From: an uncultured delta proteobacterium
Lineage (GTDB): Bacteria > Desulfobacterota > Binatia > UBA9968
Length of the DNA: 64,000 nucleotides
Direction of reading: 5' to 3'
Assembly: GCA_963755715.1 (NCBI GenBank)
Contig: CAVWLW010000051.1
Location: 32,001 to 96,000 of the forward strand
Part shown: piece after piece, positions 9,999 through 20,552 of the stretch
Position numbering within the stretch: the first letter of the stretch is position 1
How the letters are laid out: the number at the start of each line of letters is the position of its first letter
Notes under the pieces: model-generated
Told to the model about the DNA's origin: nothing
What the model saw: the letters and a program-made list of their open reading frames with translations, nothing else
Databases searched by the model: none
Position numbers and translations under genes: made by a program

Positions 9999-10606
9999 TG
10001 GCGGAGAATAAAAACCATGCCAAGGTTGTGCGCGTCGCCGATTGGATGACTGAAGAAGTCCTCGCGGTCGAGACTTTCGACAGCATCGCGATCGCCCGGC
10101 AGCTCATGGCAAAACATCGCGTGAATCAGCTACCGGTGCTCGACAACAATCACCTGGTCGGGATCGTCACCGACCGCGACATCCGCGACGCCTATCCGAC
10201 GAGCATGATGATCAACCGAGGCGAGGAAATCGATCGGTTTGCCGCCAAGGTGACCGTCGAAGAGGTGATGACGCATGATATCTTCATCGTGCGCCCGGAA
10301 ACTCCGCTGGCGACGGCGGTCGGTTTGCTGCGCCGCCATCGAATCGGCTCTTTGCCGGTGGTGCAGAACAAAAACCTGGTGGGTATCATTACGCGCAGTG
10401 ATATTCTCGATTTTGTCCTGAGCGATGGCGCGAAACGTGCGCGCAAAGGTGGAAAGAAGGGTTCCCGCGGGCGCGCACCGAAGAAAGGTCGGCGGCGGCG
10501 CCAAAGCGCCAAAAGGAAACACTTAGCAAGGAAGCGTCATGCCATCTTTCGACATCGTCAACCGGGTCGATCTCCAAGAAGTCGACAACGCGGTCAACAT
10601 CACTAA
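9998..10606 (+). CDS. CBS-pair domain protein (AcuB-like) with basic tail
   Basis: Two CBS repeats (LPVLD..LVGIVTDRDI; LPVV..LVGIITRSDIL); the tail overlaps yajQ, and removing one base near 10485 would give a stop at 10526. Confidence 0.85.
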   Translation: MAENKNHAKVVRVADWMTEEVLAVETFDSIAIARQLMAKHRVNQLPVLDNNHLVGIVTDRDIRDAYPTSMMINRGEEIDRFAAKVTVEEVMTHDIFIVRPETPLATAVGLLRRHRIGSLPVVQNKNLVGIITRSDILDFVLSDGAKRARKGGKKGSRGRAPKKGRRRRQSAKRKHLARKRHAIFRHRQPGRSPRSRQRGQHH

Positions 10607-11030
10607 AAAAGCGATCCTATCGCGTTACGACTTTCGCAATTCCAAGACCGAAATTACGATCGATAAGAAGGAGAAAAAAATTCGCGTGACGACGGAAGAC
10701 GACATGAAGCTACGCGCCGTGCAGGACACGCTGATTGAAAACCTGGTCAAACGGAAGGTGGACCGCAAGTGCCTGGACGTGAAACCGAGCGAGGCCGCAG
10801 CGCACGGTATGATTCAGCGCGACATCGCGATCAAAGAAGGCGTCGACTCGGATACCGCCCGCAACATCGTGAAGCTGATCAAAGACAAAAAGCTTAAGGT
10901 CCAGGCGGCGATCCAAGAAAGCCAGGTGCGCGTCACCGGCAAGAAGATCGACGATTTACAGGACGTCATTCAATTGCTGCGCGCCAGCCAGATAGCCATT
11001 CCGTTGCAGTTCATCAACATGCAGCGTTGA
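10539..11030 (+). CDS. yajQ: YajQ family nucleotide/c-di-GMP-binding protein
   Basis: MPSFDIV, RYDF, KVQAAIQ-VRVTGKKIDDLQ, PLQF-N. Confidence 0.95.
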   Translation: MPSFDIVNRVDLQEVDNAVNITKKAILSRYDFRNSKTEITIDKKEKKIRVTTEDDMKLRAVQDTLIENLVKRKVDRKCLDVKPSEAAAHGMIQRDIAIKEGVDSDTARNIVKLIKDKKLKVQAAIQESQVRVTGKKIDDLQDVIQLLRASQIAIPLQFINMQR

Positions 11031-11063
11031 TGCTTGGAATAGTTAACGATGGAGGGACGAGTC

Positions 11064-11459
11064 ATGGAAAAGATCAAAAAGTCCGATGAGGAATGGAAAA
11101 AGGAACTCACCGACGAACAATTTCAAGTTTGCCGTCAGAAGGGCACCGAACGCGCGTTTACCGGCAAATATTGGGATAACCACGAGAAGGGGATGTATCG
11201 CTGCGCTTGTTGCGGTAACGAGCTGTTTACCTCCGACACCAAATTCGATTCCGGCACCGGCTGGCCAAGCTTTTGGCAACCGGTAGCGCCAGAGAACGTC
11301 GAGACCGAAGAGGACAACAGTTTCTTGATGCGGCGCACCGAAGCGATGTGCAGTAAGTGCGGTGCCCATCTCGGCCACGTGTTCGACGACGGCCCGAAGC
11401 CGACCAATCTGCGTTACTGTATCAACTCCGCATCGCTGAAATTTGACAAAGCGAAATAA
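11064..11459 (+). CDS. msrB: Peptide methionine sulfoxide reductase MsrB (Zn-binding)
   Basis: [43 protein letters not shown]. Confidence 0.97.
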   Translation: MEKIKKSDEEWKKELTDEQFQVCRQKGTERAFTGKYWDNHEKGMYRCACCGNELFTSDTKFDSGTGWPSFWQPVAPENVETEEDNSFLMRRTEAMCSKCGAHLGHVFDDGPKPTNLRYCINSASLKFDKAK

Positions 11460-11473
11460 ACCTAGAAGTAAAA

Positions 11474-11546
11474 GTTCAAAACGTTCAGGTCGTTTAATCA
11501 GTTCAAGCCGGTCAGATGAATATTTAAACGGCTGAACGTTTTGAAC
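11474..11546. repeat. Intergenic palindromic element
   Basis: Perfect 15 bp inverted repeat GTTCAAAACGTTCAG / CTGAACGTTTTGAAC, built of repeated GTTCA/TGAAC units. Confidence 0.75.
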
Positions 11547-11585
11547 GGCTTTAACTATTTGAAATTGAACCCGCAGCAGGAAAAA

Positions 11586-12530
11586 ATGGAATACACAACT
11601 CTGGGACGAACCGGATTGAAAGTGAGCGTGGCCGGGCTTGGCTGCGGCGGGCCGAGCCGGCTCGGGATGCGCAATGATCCGCAGACCGCGAGTAACGCCA
11701 TTGCTCTAGTCAAGCTGGCGATGGATCTTGGCGTCAACTTCATCGACACGGCGCAAACCTACGGCACCGAGCCGATCGTCGGCAGGGCCATTGCCGGTGT
11801 GCCGCGCGATCGCTTGGTGATTTCCACTAAGAAAACCCTGCCGGCGGAAGATCATCCAGATCCCGAAGCGGAAGTGGTCAAGGGACTTGAGCAGAGCCTG
11901 AAATTGATCGGCACCGATTATATCGACATTTATCATCTGCACGGCGTTGAGCCGAAAGATTATGGATTTGCGAAAAACCGGCTGATGCCTGTGATGCGGC
12001 GCTTGAAGGAACAAGGCAAGATTCGCTTTATCGGCGTTACCGAAGGATTCGTTCCCGACCCGTCGCATACCATGCTGCAGGAAAGTCTCAAGGAAAATCT
12101 TTGGGACGTGGTGATGGTCGGGTTCAGTTTGCTCAATCCATCGGCGCGCAAAACGTTATGGCCGCTGACGAAACAATACGGCGTCGGCGTGCTCGACATG
12201 TTCGCGGTGCGGCGCGCCTTGAGCCAGCCTGAGCGTTTAAAGGAAGTGTGCGCCGAATTGGTGCGCAACGGCGCGATTGCCGGCGCGGTGATGAACGAAA
12301 CCGATCCACTGGGATTTTTGCTCACCGAAACCGACGCGTCGTCGTTGCCGGAGGCGGCCTATCGATTTTGCCGGCACGAGCAGGGCGTCGACGTGGTCCT
12401 CACTGGAACAGGAAATGCCGAGCATCTGAAAGAAAACCTCAGCGCCATTTTGAAACCAGCGCTGCCGAAAGCCGCTTTGGAAAAGCTCGAGAAGCTGTTT
12501 GGCGGTTTGGATTATCTAACCGGGAATTAG
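11586..12530 (+). CDS. Aldo/keto reductase
   Basis: LGRTGLKVS-GLG, GVNFIDTAQTYG, ISTK, SLKLIGTDYIDIYHLH. Confidence 0.92.
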   Translation: MEYTTLGRTGLKVSVAGLGCGGPSRLGMRNDPQTASNAIALVKLAMDLGVNFIDTAQTYGTEPIVGRAIAGVPRDRLVISTKKTLPAEDHPDPEAEVVKGLEQSLKLIGTDYIDIYHLHGVEPKDYGFAKNRLMPVMRRLKEQGKIRFIGVTEGFVPDPSHTMLQESLKENLWDVVMVGFSLLNPSARKTLWPLTKQYGVGVLDMFAVRRALSQPERLKEVCAELVRNGAIAGAVMNETDPLGFLLTETDASSLPEAAYRFCRHEQGVDVVLTGTGNAEHLKENLSAILKPALPKAALEKLEKLFGGLDYLTGN

Positions 12531-12556
12531 TGTTGTCTCCAAAGGTCAAAGGCTTG

Positions 12557-13667
12557 TCAGGCGCTTTGAAACAATTTCGAATATTGTTCCCAGGAAGCGG
12601 GAGCGATGCGGGCGGTTTGGAGATTTTCATTTACGTGCGCGACTTGCTTCATGCCGACCAACGCCGTGGCCACGCCCGGTGTCGAGCGGACAAACTGGAG
12701 CGCACGCTGTCCGTCCGTCTGCAAGCCAGCGAAAGTATCGTGAATCAACTCCGGCAGGTTGCGGGTCAATTGTCCTTGCAGCACCGAAGCGCTGCATATG
12801 ACGGCGACGTCCAGCGCCTGAGCCGCTTCGAGCAGAGTCATGGCTTTTTCGCCGACTGGTTGATTGGCGCTCGAAAGGGCCTCGCTCATGCCGAGATTGA
12901 GCGGCAACTGAATTACTTTGAAATGATGATTTTTGCCGCCGGCTTTTTCCGCCAAGCCGACGACTTGCGCCAGCGCGAGGTAGTCCTTGGCCTCGGCCGG
13001 GTTGCGATAGGCGTTCCACGTGGCCGTTCCGTACATGCGGATCTTGCCGGCGGCGACCATTTGCTCCAAGGCTTCAAATGCTTTCACTAACCGCTCGTCG
13101 AACTCTTCGCGGGTGATTTTTCCCAACTGACTTTCGGGGTTGTGCACGTAATAGATATCGACGCATTCGAGGTCGAGATTGCGCAGGCTGCAATCCAGTT
13201 GATTCAATAAATAGCGCGGTGTCATGCAGTGGTAACCGCCGACGATTTCCGGCGCGGCGGCTACGCCCGGCGTCGATAAAAGTCTTGGTAAAATAGCTGC
13301 GTGGATCGCTCGGCGGCGTGCCGTCAAACGGCAGAAAACCACCTTTGGTCGCGATGATCACTTCGTCGCGGCCATAGCCCTTGGCCGTGAGCTCCTTGAG
13401 TGCGGCGCCGATCGATCTTTCGCTTCTCTGACAGCGATAGTTGATCGCGCTGTCGATGACGTTGCAGCCCGATTCGACGGCGCGAACGATCGCTTCTCTG
13501 TATTGTTGGTCGGTGGCGTCGTCATGATTGCCGAGATAAGTGCCGATGCCGATCGACGACATCCACAAGCCTTGGACCTGGTGAAAATGTTCCGGCGGAA
13601 TCTCGCCGTCGAAGCGTTGCCGATAACGCTGCGTACCCGCCGCCGTCGCTGATCCTGGAAGTTTCAT
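12557..13667 (-). CDS. Aldo/keto reductase; one frameshift near 13267
   Basis: SSIGIGTY, NVIDSAINYR and IATKGG in the 5' part; SLRNLDLECVDIYYVHNPE and ALQFVRSTPGV in the 3' part; ATG overlaps the doxX stop (ATGA). Confidence 0.87.
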
Positions 13668-14143
13668 CGCGGCTCCTTTCCTTTGCCACCGCCGCTGAAA
13701 AGCAGGCCATCGAGGCCCAAAGTTCGGCCTGGGTTCGCCAATATAAAAATCACCATGGCGACAATAAATGTTTGTTGCTGGGCCAGGGCGGCGCCGCCTC
13801 GAGCCATGCCCGGGCCGAAAAAATAGTTGACCAGCATAAACAGGCCGATGATCGCGGCAAAACGGGTGCAGAAACCGAGTAACAAACACGCGCCGACGGC
13901 GATCTCGCCGATCATGACCAGATAGCCGAAGAGTTCGTGGTGCGGCACGACGTAATCGAGCAGGAACTTTTTATACCAAGAATAGAGGTCCAGATTGGCG
14001 AGATCACCGATTTGCCGGCCGATCCAGTCGCCTTTGGGAAAATCGCGCTGAAATTTTCGCACGCCTTGCTGGAGCATGTAGTAGCCCACATAGATCCGCA
14101 GCACGGCGATGTACCAGAGATAAGTGCGTTCCTTAAGATTCAT
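13664..14143 (-). CDS. DoxX/DoxD-like membrane protein
   Basis: LRIYVG..G..K, GEIAVG-LLLG-TR and GRTLGLDG motifs; several TM helices. Confidence 0.82.
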   Translation of the reverse strand: MNLKERTYLWYIAVLRIYVGYYMLQQGVRKFQRDFPKGDWIGRQIGDLANLDLYSWYKKFLLDYVVPHHELFGYLVMIGEIAVGACLLLGFCTRFAAIIGLFMLVNYFFGPGMARGGAALAQQQTFIVAMVIFILANPGRTLGLDGLLFSGGGKGKEPR

Positions 14144-14288
14144 CCGTTGTTTCCTAGCGGCGAGACGGATGTTTCGGCGCGTTCTGGCGCTCAGTCAGCG
14201 CCGCGCGAGCTTTATGCTCGTTGCAATCTGTCGGTCAAAAGTTGCGTGGCCAAAAGTCATGACGACTCAAAGGGACGAATACGTAAAG

Positions 14289-15056
14289 TTAGAAAGAGTC
14301 TTTCATTTTCCTAACGGCGGCAAAAACAGAAACCGGGTCGAGACGAGTTGTCGCATTCGCCGCCTTTACGTGGGCCTGAATTTCTTTGCTGTCCCAGCGC
14401 AGAAAGGGGTTGGTTTGTTTCTCCTCTTCGATCGTCGAAGGCACCGTGGAGGTGCCGCGCGTGCGTAAGCCTTGCACGCGCTCGAAGCGCGACACCAGTT
14501 TGGGATTTTTGGGCTCTACTGACATGGCAAAGCGCAGATTGCTCTCGGTGTATTCGTGACCGCAGTAAACTTTTGTATTATCGGGCAGCGTCATGAGCTT
14601 TTTGAGCGAGGACTGCATCTGCTCCGGCGTGCCTTCGAAAAGCCGGCCGCAGCCCGCCGTGAACAGCGTGTCGCCGCAAAACAGATTGTTCTCGAAAAGA
14701 TAGGCGACATGGCCGGTGGTGTGACCGGGAATGAAGAGAACGGCACCCTTTAACTCGCCAATCTGGATCTCATCTCCCTCGTCGACGCCACGGCTCAATC
14801 CGTGAATCCTGCCACTGTCACTCTTGTGACCGTAAACCTCGGCTTGGTGTTTAGCTAAAATTCCCTCGTTTCCGCCGGTGTGATCGCGGTGGTGATGGGT
14901 GTTGAGAATCGCTTGGAGCGGAACCTGCTCCTGGTCGATCCGGGCGAGCACCGGATCAGCCTCAGAAGGATCGATGATCGCGGCATTCTTGGTTTTGTCG
15001 CAAACGATGAGATAGCCGTAATTGTCACGCAGCAGCGGAATTTGAACAATCTTCAT
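14289..15056 (-). CDS. gloB: Hydroxyacylglutathione hydrolase (glyoxalase II)
   Basis: DNYGYL, THHHRDHTGG, PGHTTGH, GDTLFTAGCGRLFEG, CGHEYT, TNPFLR. Confidence 0.96.
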   Translation of the reverse strand: MKIVQIPLLRDNYGYLIVCDKTKNAAIIDPSEADPVLARIDQEQVPLQAILNTHHHRDHTGGNEGILAKHQAEVYGHKSDSGRIHGLSRGVDEGDEIQIGELKGAVLFIPGHTTGHVAYLFENNLFCGDTLFTAGCGRLFEGTPEQMQSSLKKLMTLPDNTKVYCGHEYTESNLRFAMSVEPKNPKLVSRFERVQGLRTRGTSTVPSTIEEEKQTNPFLRWDSKEIQAHVKAANATTRLDPVSVFAAVRKMKDSF

Positions 15057-15147
15057 ATTTGGTAAATTGAGCGGATGAGAGTTAGGTTACTGTTGGATAG
15101 TAGTCCCAAGCAGGAAAATTTTCAAATCGTCAGGTGATGATTCTCTC

Positions 15148-15177
15148 TTGACCCCCGGCGCCGGACGTTCTTATAGT
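15148..15177 (+). promoter_or_regulatory. Sigma70-type promoter of the FIST gene (near-leaderless)
   Basis: TTGACC-N18-TATAGT ending 8 nt before the ATG at 15186. Confidence 0.55.
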
Positions 15178-15185
15178 GGGCTATC

Positions 15186-16372
15186 ATGATTCGAGCTGGA
15201 GTCGGGCAGTCGCAGAAACAGCTGACCGGACAGGCCGTCGAAGAAGCCGCATGCCAGGCGATGGCGCGAGCGGGGATCTCGCGGGCGGATTTGGCGCTGA
15301 TTTTTTTTACCGCCGAGCACGCGGCGCAAGCGCGCCCGAGCTTGTATCGGCGCTCGCTCGCTCGGTCGGCACAGACTGTGTTTTCGGTTCGAGCGGCGCC
15401 GGCATCGTGACCGACGAAGGCGAGATCGAGGGCAGCAGTGGCGTGGCCGTGCTCGTCATCGCTTCCGACGAAATAATCGGCCGGCCGTTCATTTTCGAAC
15501 CGCTAAAAGGCAACGAAGCCAATCTGGGCGCGACTTTCGGCGAATTCCTCGCCAAGGCCGATGATAAAAATTCGCTGATGATCTTGCTGCCTGATTCCTA
15601 CAACGGCAATCCGCAACCGCTGCTCGCCAGCATGGCAAGCAAAGCGGGCTTTCACCCCGCGATTGGCGCTGGCTCAACGGAAAACGGCGCGGCAGGCGCG
15701 ACCTATCAGCTCTGTGGCGATAAGCTCGCGAGCAACTCCATCGCCGGCGCCTATCTCTCCGGCGATTTCCGGGTACACATCGATATTACCCAAGGATGCC
15801 AGCCGATCGCCGAGCCGATGGTGATCACCAAGGCCGAGGGTAATTTAATTTATGAGATTGACGGCCGACCAGCGCTGGAGGCTTTTGCGCGTGTTCTAAA
15901 AGGGCCGCTCGCCGAAGATATCCGGCGCGCGCTGATGGTGCTGTTTGTCGGAGTTCCCGCAGACCGGCGCGAGAACAGCGTGGCGCCGGGAAAATATCTC
16001 GTGCGCAATATTATCGGTCTTGATCCGGACAAAGGAATTCTCGGCGTGGCCGAAGAAGTCAGCGCCGGCGAGGCGATGATCTTCACGATGCGCGACGGCC
16101 AGCGTGCGCGCGAAGACTTGGGCCAAATGCTCCAGAGGCAAGTGCAAGCGCTCGGCGGGAAAAAGCCTGCGTTCGGACTATATTTCAATTGCTGCGCGCG
16201 CGGCCATTCGCTCTACGGCATCCCCGGCATCGACTCGGCTTATATTCGCCAGGCGCTCGGCGACGTGCCGTTGATCGGCATGTTCGGCGGCTATGAGCTC
16301 GCGCCGCTCGGACGCGCCAATCATCTATTTGCCTATACGGGAGTGTTGGCGTTGATTACGGAATCAGATTGA
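15186..16372 (+). CDS. FIST (NosP-like) sensory domain protein; one frameshift near 15330
   Basis: GSSGAG..EIE, TQGCQPI, IYEIDGRPAL, YFNCCARG and GMFGGYE motifs; the true N-terminus is in the 15186 frame. Confidence 0.85.
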
Positions 16373-16448
16373 CAGACGAAGGGTTCGGGGAGTGACGGGA
16401 CATAACGGTTTTCTACAACACTGCAATGACTTCCAATGAGCTTTGGGG

Positions 16449-18272
16449 TCATCGCCCGATACGCTTGCGCTTATTATTCAGATAGTCGACGACGATGTAA
16501 TTGCCCATCTGATCCGGCGTGGTGTAGAAGACGCGGCCGGTGTTCAGCCGCGATAGCTGATCGATAAATCCCTGCCGGTAAAAATCCGCGCCGAGCATGA
16601 ATGTATTGATCTTGATGCCGCTCTGCGTGCAGCGCTTCACTTCTTTCAGCGTTTCGTGAACGATGCGGCTGTGCAGCAGCGCCGAGCCCCAGCCGCTGTG
16701 CAACCGACCGCCGCGATCAAGCGTCGCCGCCGTCGGCTCGCCGTCGGTGATGAGAATGATCTGGCGATTGGCGCTCCGATTGGAGCCCAGCAACTGGCGC
16801 GCATAGCGCAGCGCTTCTTTGATATCGGTGCCGTGCTCCATGAAGTAAGTCAGCGAAACGATCGACGGCAGATCCTCCGCCTGAATCCGCTTGGCGTTGG
16901 AACGAAACGCGACCAAGTGAAGCGTGTCCTGGGGATATTTGGTTTGGATCAGCCGATGCAGCGCCAAGGCGACTTTCTTGCCGGCGTGCAGGGCATCGTT
17001 CATGAGCATCGAATAGCTCACGTCGATCAGCAGCGCGGTTTCGCTGACGGTCGAGTACTCGACCCGATGCACGGAGAAATCTTCCGGCGCGAGCCGCAGC
17101 GGTTCGCCTTTTTTGCGTTTCTCCAGGGCGTTCAGCAGAGTCTCGCCGATATTGACGTTGAGTGGATCGCCATACTCGTATTGTTTGGTCTCCTCCATGC
17201 GGTCGCCATTGGAGCCGCGGCTCGATGTCGCGTGATTGCCCCAACGACCCTTGTTGAGCATTTGAAAAATTTCCCGCAGCGCCTTGTCGCCGATCTTTCT
17301 CATGCCTTTGGGTGTTAGACGAAGACCGTGATCGGTGCGGAGGATGTAACCTTCGTCTTCTAGCGTTTGCTCCACGCTTTTGAGGTATTTCAAGTGCTCG
17401 TAGGCTTCGTCGCCGAGGATCTCGCGCAATTCTTCGAGATTGAGCTCGGAAGGATCGCCCATGCCGCGCTGGCCCCAGCGCAGAAAGCGCTCGAGACCGC
17501 GTAGCTGGCTCAGGATCTGACCGGCTTCGCCCATGCCCATGCGCTGGGCGCCCTGAAAGCCAAACTGGTTCATCAACTGTTCCAGTTGCTGCATCTGATT
17601 CATCATGTCGCTCAGTTGCTGCAACTGTTCCTGGGTCATGGAGTCGAGATTTTCCAACATGCTCTCGAGATTATTGACCGCGTTGTCCATCATGCTCGGC
17701 AGATTTTTCAGAAAATTCTCGTCTTCCAAAAGCTTCTGCATGCGATCGAGCATGTCCATCAAAGACTGCGGATCCTGGCTGCTCATGTTCTGTTTGCCTT
17801 GCATGCCGCGCTCGGCAATCTGATTTTGCAGCCGGTTTCTCAGCTCTTGATAGCGCTGGTAGGCCTCCCGCATCTTCTCGTTGAGCTCGTCCATGCGATC
17901 GGCAAACTTGCCGGACATGCGCTCCATGAAGTTGCGCATTTGCTCGTGGTAGGCCTCGAGCTTTTCGGCGAGACCATTGAGTTTATCGCTCAGCGCTTTT
18001 TGTTCTTCGGGTGTGAGCTTAAAGGAATCGGGAGAATATTTATTGAGCAGTTCGCGCCGTTTTTCGTCCGCTTCGCGGAGAAAATCGCGCATGCCTTTGA
18101 CCGAGCGCTGGCCGTCTTCCGACGTAAAGCCGCGGCGCATCAGGTCGCGCAGCGCGCGCCGCACGCCTTCTTCTTCGAGCAGATGATCGGAAAGATGCTT
18201 GAGGAGATCGTCCGTCGTGGGGAAAAGAACTTCTTGCGTGCCGTCCCACTCGGTGTAACGATGAATTCTCAT
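16449..18272 (-). CDS. VWA (MIDAS) domain protein with long coiled-coil N-terminal region
   Basis: RYTEWDGTQ N-terminus, LTPKGMRKIG, DVSYSM MIDAS, GTD, ITDGEPT. Confidence 0.88.
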   Translation of the reverse strand: MRIHRYTEWDGTQEVLFPTTDDLLKHLSDHLLEEEGVRRALRDLMRRGFTSEDGQRSVKGMRDFLREADEKRRELLNKYSPDSFKLTPEEQKALSDKLNGLAEKLEAYHEQMRNFMERMSGKFADRMDELNEKMREAYQRYQELRNRLQNQIAERGMQGKQNMSSQDPQSLMDMLDRMQKLLEDENFLKNLPSMMDNAVNNLESMLENLDSMTQEQLQQLSDMMNQMQQLEQLMNQFGFQGAQRMGMGEAGQILSQLRGLERFLRWGQRGMGDPSELNLEELREILGDEAYEHLKYLKSVEQTLEDEGYILRTDHGLRLTPKGMRKIGDKALREIFQMLNKGRWGNHATSSRGSNGDRMEETKQYEYGDPLNVNIGETLLNALEKRKKGEPLRLAPEDFSVHRVEYSTVSETALLIDVSYSMLMNDALHAGKKVALALHRLIQTKYPQDTLHLVAFRSNAKRIQAEDLPSIVSLTYFMEHGTDIKEALRYARQLLGSNRSANRQIILITDGEPTAATLDRGGRLHSGWGSALLHSRIVHETLKEVKRCTQSGIKINTFMLGADFYRQGFIDQLSRLNTGRVFYTTPDQMGNYIVVDYLNNKRKRIGR

Positions 18273-18423
18273 TTCGTTTTGACTATAGCGCAGTTTGGTG
18301 GCGTTTCAAACCCTAATTTCTGCTTCAAAGTCCAACTCTCAGTCGTGTTTTGCGCATCCGCGCACCCTTTGGAATTGACTCCGATTTCAGATAGTTAGTA
18401 AGGGATAGGCTGGGTGTTGAAAG

Positions 18424-19533
18424 ATGCATGCTTACGAAATCGTAATCGTCGGTGCGGGATTTGCCGGCGCCGCCACCGCGTATTATCTCACGCGGCGCGG
18501 TGTGCGCGATGTTCTGCTGATCGAGCAAGAAAGCATTCCCGGTTTCCACTCGTCCGGGCGCAACGCGGCGATGATGCGCCAATGCGTGCCGGATCCGGAT
18601 CTGGCAACGCTGACGCGCAACGGCGCAACGTTTTTGCGCCATCTGCCGGATGACTGGCCTGAACCGGTGCAGTTCAAGCAAAACGGCTCGCTGCTTTTGG
18701 GTAGCGGCGCCGGTTGGAGCAAGCTCAAACAAGATGCCGAAAGCGGCCGGCGGCTCGGCATCGACGTCGTATTGTGGACGCCGGATCAAGTGAAGCAACA
18801 CGTGCCGGTGTTGAAGCAGGCCGAGTTCGAAGGTGCAGTTTGGTGCGCTAGCGACGGCATCGTCGATATCCATGCGCTGCTTTCGGGGTATTTAAAGGCA
18901 GCAGTCAGCAAAGGGGCGAGCGTGCGCTACGACTGTCAGGTGCGCGCGGTTCGGCGGGGAAGTAATAACGAGTTTGAAATCGCCACTAACGGTGAATCGA
19001 TAAGGACGAAAACAATTGTCAATGCCAGCGGCGCCTGGGCGAACGTGATTGCGCGGATGGCGGGCGCGCGCGAGCTGCCGTTGCGACCTTGCCGGCGGCA
19101 TCTCTTTGTGTCGCCGCCGCTGGCTTGGGTCGATCCCAGCTGGCCTTTTGTTTGGGACGTCACTCACGACATCTATTTTCGTCCGGAGGGTGAGGGATTA
19201 CTTCTCTGTGCCTGTGATCAGACCGAGCTGGCGCCGGGCGATCCGCCGGTCGACGGAAGCGTTAAGGAATTGCTGGCAGAAAAAATCGAAAGATTTATGC
19301 CCGGCCTTGCCGCCGTCAGCATCAGCCGAGGCTGGGCGGGTTTTCGCACGTTGACTCCCGATGGGCGCTTTATCATCGGTTGGGACCCGGGGGTAAAGAA
19401 TTTCTTCTGGGCCGCCGGTCTCGGCGGGCATGGCATGACGACTAGCTCGGCGGTCGGTGAATTGGCTGCGGATCTTTTGATCGGCGGCTCGAGCAAAAAG
19501 TCAGAGCCTTTTTCACCAGCGAGATTTGCGTAG
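18424..19533 (+). CDS. FAD-dependent oxidoreductase (DAO/sarcosine-oxidase-beta family)
   Basis: IVGAGFAG, HSSGRNA, VNASGAWA, WAGFRTLTPD, GLGGHGM, FSPARF. Confidence 0.9.
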   Translation: MHAYEIVIVGAGFAGAATAYYLTRRGVRDVLLIEQESIPGFHSSGRNAAMMRQCVPDPDLATLTRNGATFLRHLPDDWPEPVQFKQNGSLLLGSGAGWSKLKQDAESGRRLGIDVVLWTPDQVKQHVPVLKQAEFEGAVWCASDGIVDIHALLSGYLKAAVSKGASVRYDCQVRAVRRGSNNEFEIATNGESIRTKTIVNASGAWANVIARMAGARELPLRPCRRHLFVSPPLAWVDPSWPFVWDVTHDIYFRPEGEGLLLCACDQTELAPGDPPVDGSVKELLAEKIERFMPGLAAVSISRGWAGFRTLTPDGRFIIGWDPGVKNFFWAAGLGGHGMTTSSAVGELAADLLIGGSSKKSEPFSPARFA

Positions 19534-19551
19534 GAATGGAGTGACGGAGTA

Positions 19552-20508
19552 ATGAGGTGTTGGAGTGATGCGATCGCGAGTCGCGTGCTGAGCACCGTTT
19601 TAGTCAGTTGGTTTTTGCCTGGCGATTGCAGCATAGCGGCGCAGCCGAACAAGGTGAGAATTTCTTATTCGAGCAGGAGCAATTCCAACACGCCGTTCAT
19701 CATCGCCCTCAACAAAGGCTTCTTTGTCGAAGAAGGTATTGACGTTGAGTTAATTCAAGTCAACCCGCGGCTCGGTGCCACCGCGGTGCTGAACGGTGAC
19801 CTCGACTTCACCACGACCTTCGGCACCACGTTGCGCGGTATTATCAGCGGGTTCCCGATCAAATTCGTCGCCGTTGCGGTGAAGAAGTCCGAGCACTTTT
19901 TGGTCGTGCGCCCCGAGATCAAGGAGATCCGCGATCTAAACGGTAAAAAGCTCGGCGTGTCGACGTTGTTTGGCTCGGATCAGCGCGCCGCCGAAGAAAT
20001 GATCAGAGGCAAGGGATTCGCGCCGAATATGATGAAGCCGATCGCGCTGGGAGAGTCGCCGGTCCGAGCGCAGGCTCTGCGCGCCGGTTTGGTCGAGGCG
20101 ATTTCGATTTCATCGCCATTCGATCTCAGCTTGAAATCCGAAGGCTTTCGCGTCCTGGCGGGCCCGCAAGACGTCCAGATTGCGCTGCCCACGTCGGGCT
20201 TGGCGGTGGCCAACCGCGTGTTGCAGCAGAACCCGCAGCTCGTCAAGCGAGCGGTGCGCGCCTTGATGAAGTCGCATCGTTACGTGTTTGAGAACAAGAA
20301 AGAAGTCGTACCGCAAATGATTCGCTACCTGGAACAGACGCCCGAGGTGGCGGAGCGATCCTACGATCTTCTGGTCACCTCGCTCAGCCGCAACGGCGAG
20401 ATCACCGATCAAGAATGGGACATTCTTACGGAAAAAAAGAAGGCGGTGGAGGATGTGCGCGACTTCTCCATGCTGCGGGAAGCACAGAAAGAACTGAGGA
20501 TTAAATAA
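19552..20508 (+). CDS. NMT1/THI5/SsuA-like substrate-binding protein
   Basis: Signal-like N-terminus; KGFFVEEGIDVELI, DLNGKKLGVS; start uncertain. Confidence 0.85.
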   Translation: MRCWSDAIASRVLSTVLVSWFLPGDCSIAAQPNKVRISYSSRSNSNTPFIIALNKGFFVEEGIDVELIQVNPRLGATAVLNGDLDFTTTFGTTLRGIISGFPIKFVAVAVKKSEHFLVVRPEIKEIRDLNGKKLGVSTLFGSDQRAAEEMIRGKGFAPNMMKPIALGESPVRAQALRAGLVEAISISSPFDLSLKSEGFRVLAGPQDVQIALPTSGLAVANRVLQQNPQLVKRAVRALMKSHRYVFENKKEVVPQMIRYLEQTPEVAERSYDLLVTSLSRNGEITDQEWDILTEKKKAVEDVRDFSMLREAQKELRIK

Positions 20509-20552
20509 CGTTTCCGGTTTATAGGAATGGCTTTAACTTTGGAAGGTGAATC

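Noticed and set aside
10440-10606. Histone-like basic tail on the CBS protein overlapping yajQ
   Set aside because: Most of the Arg-rich extension disappears if one base near 10485 is removed, so it is probably an artefact.
11461-11570. CRISPR-like repeats
   Set aside because: The units are 5-9 bp in inverted arrangement with no unique spacers, and there are no cas genes.
19534-19570. Short GGAGT(G/A)A-type octamer repeats
   Set aside because: Only 3-4 degenerate copies; too weak to call as a feature.
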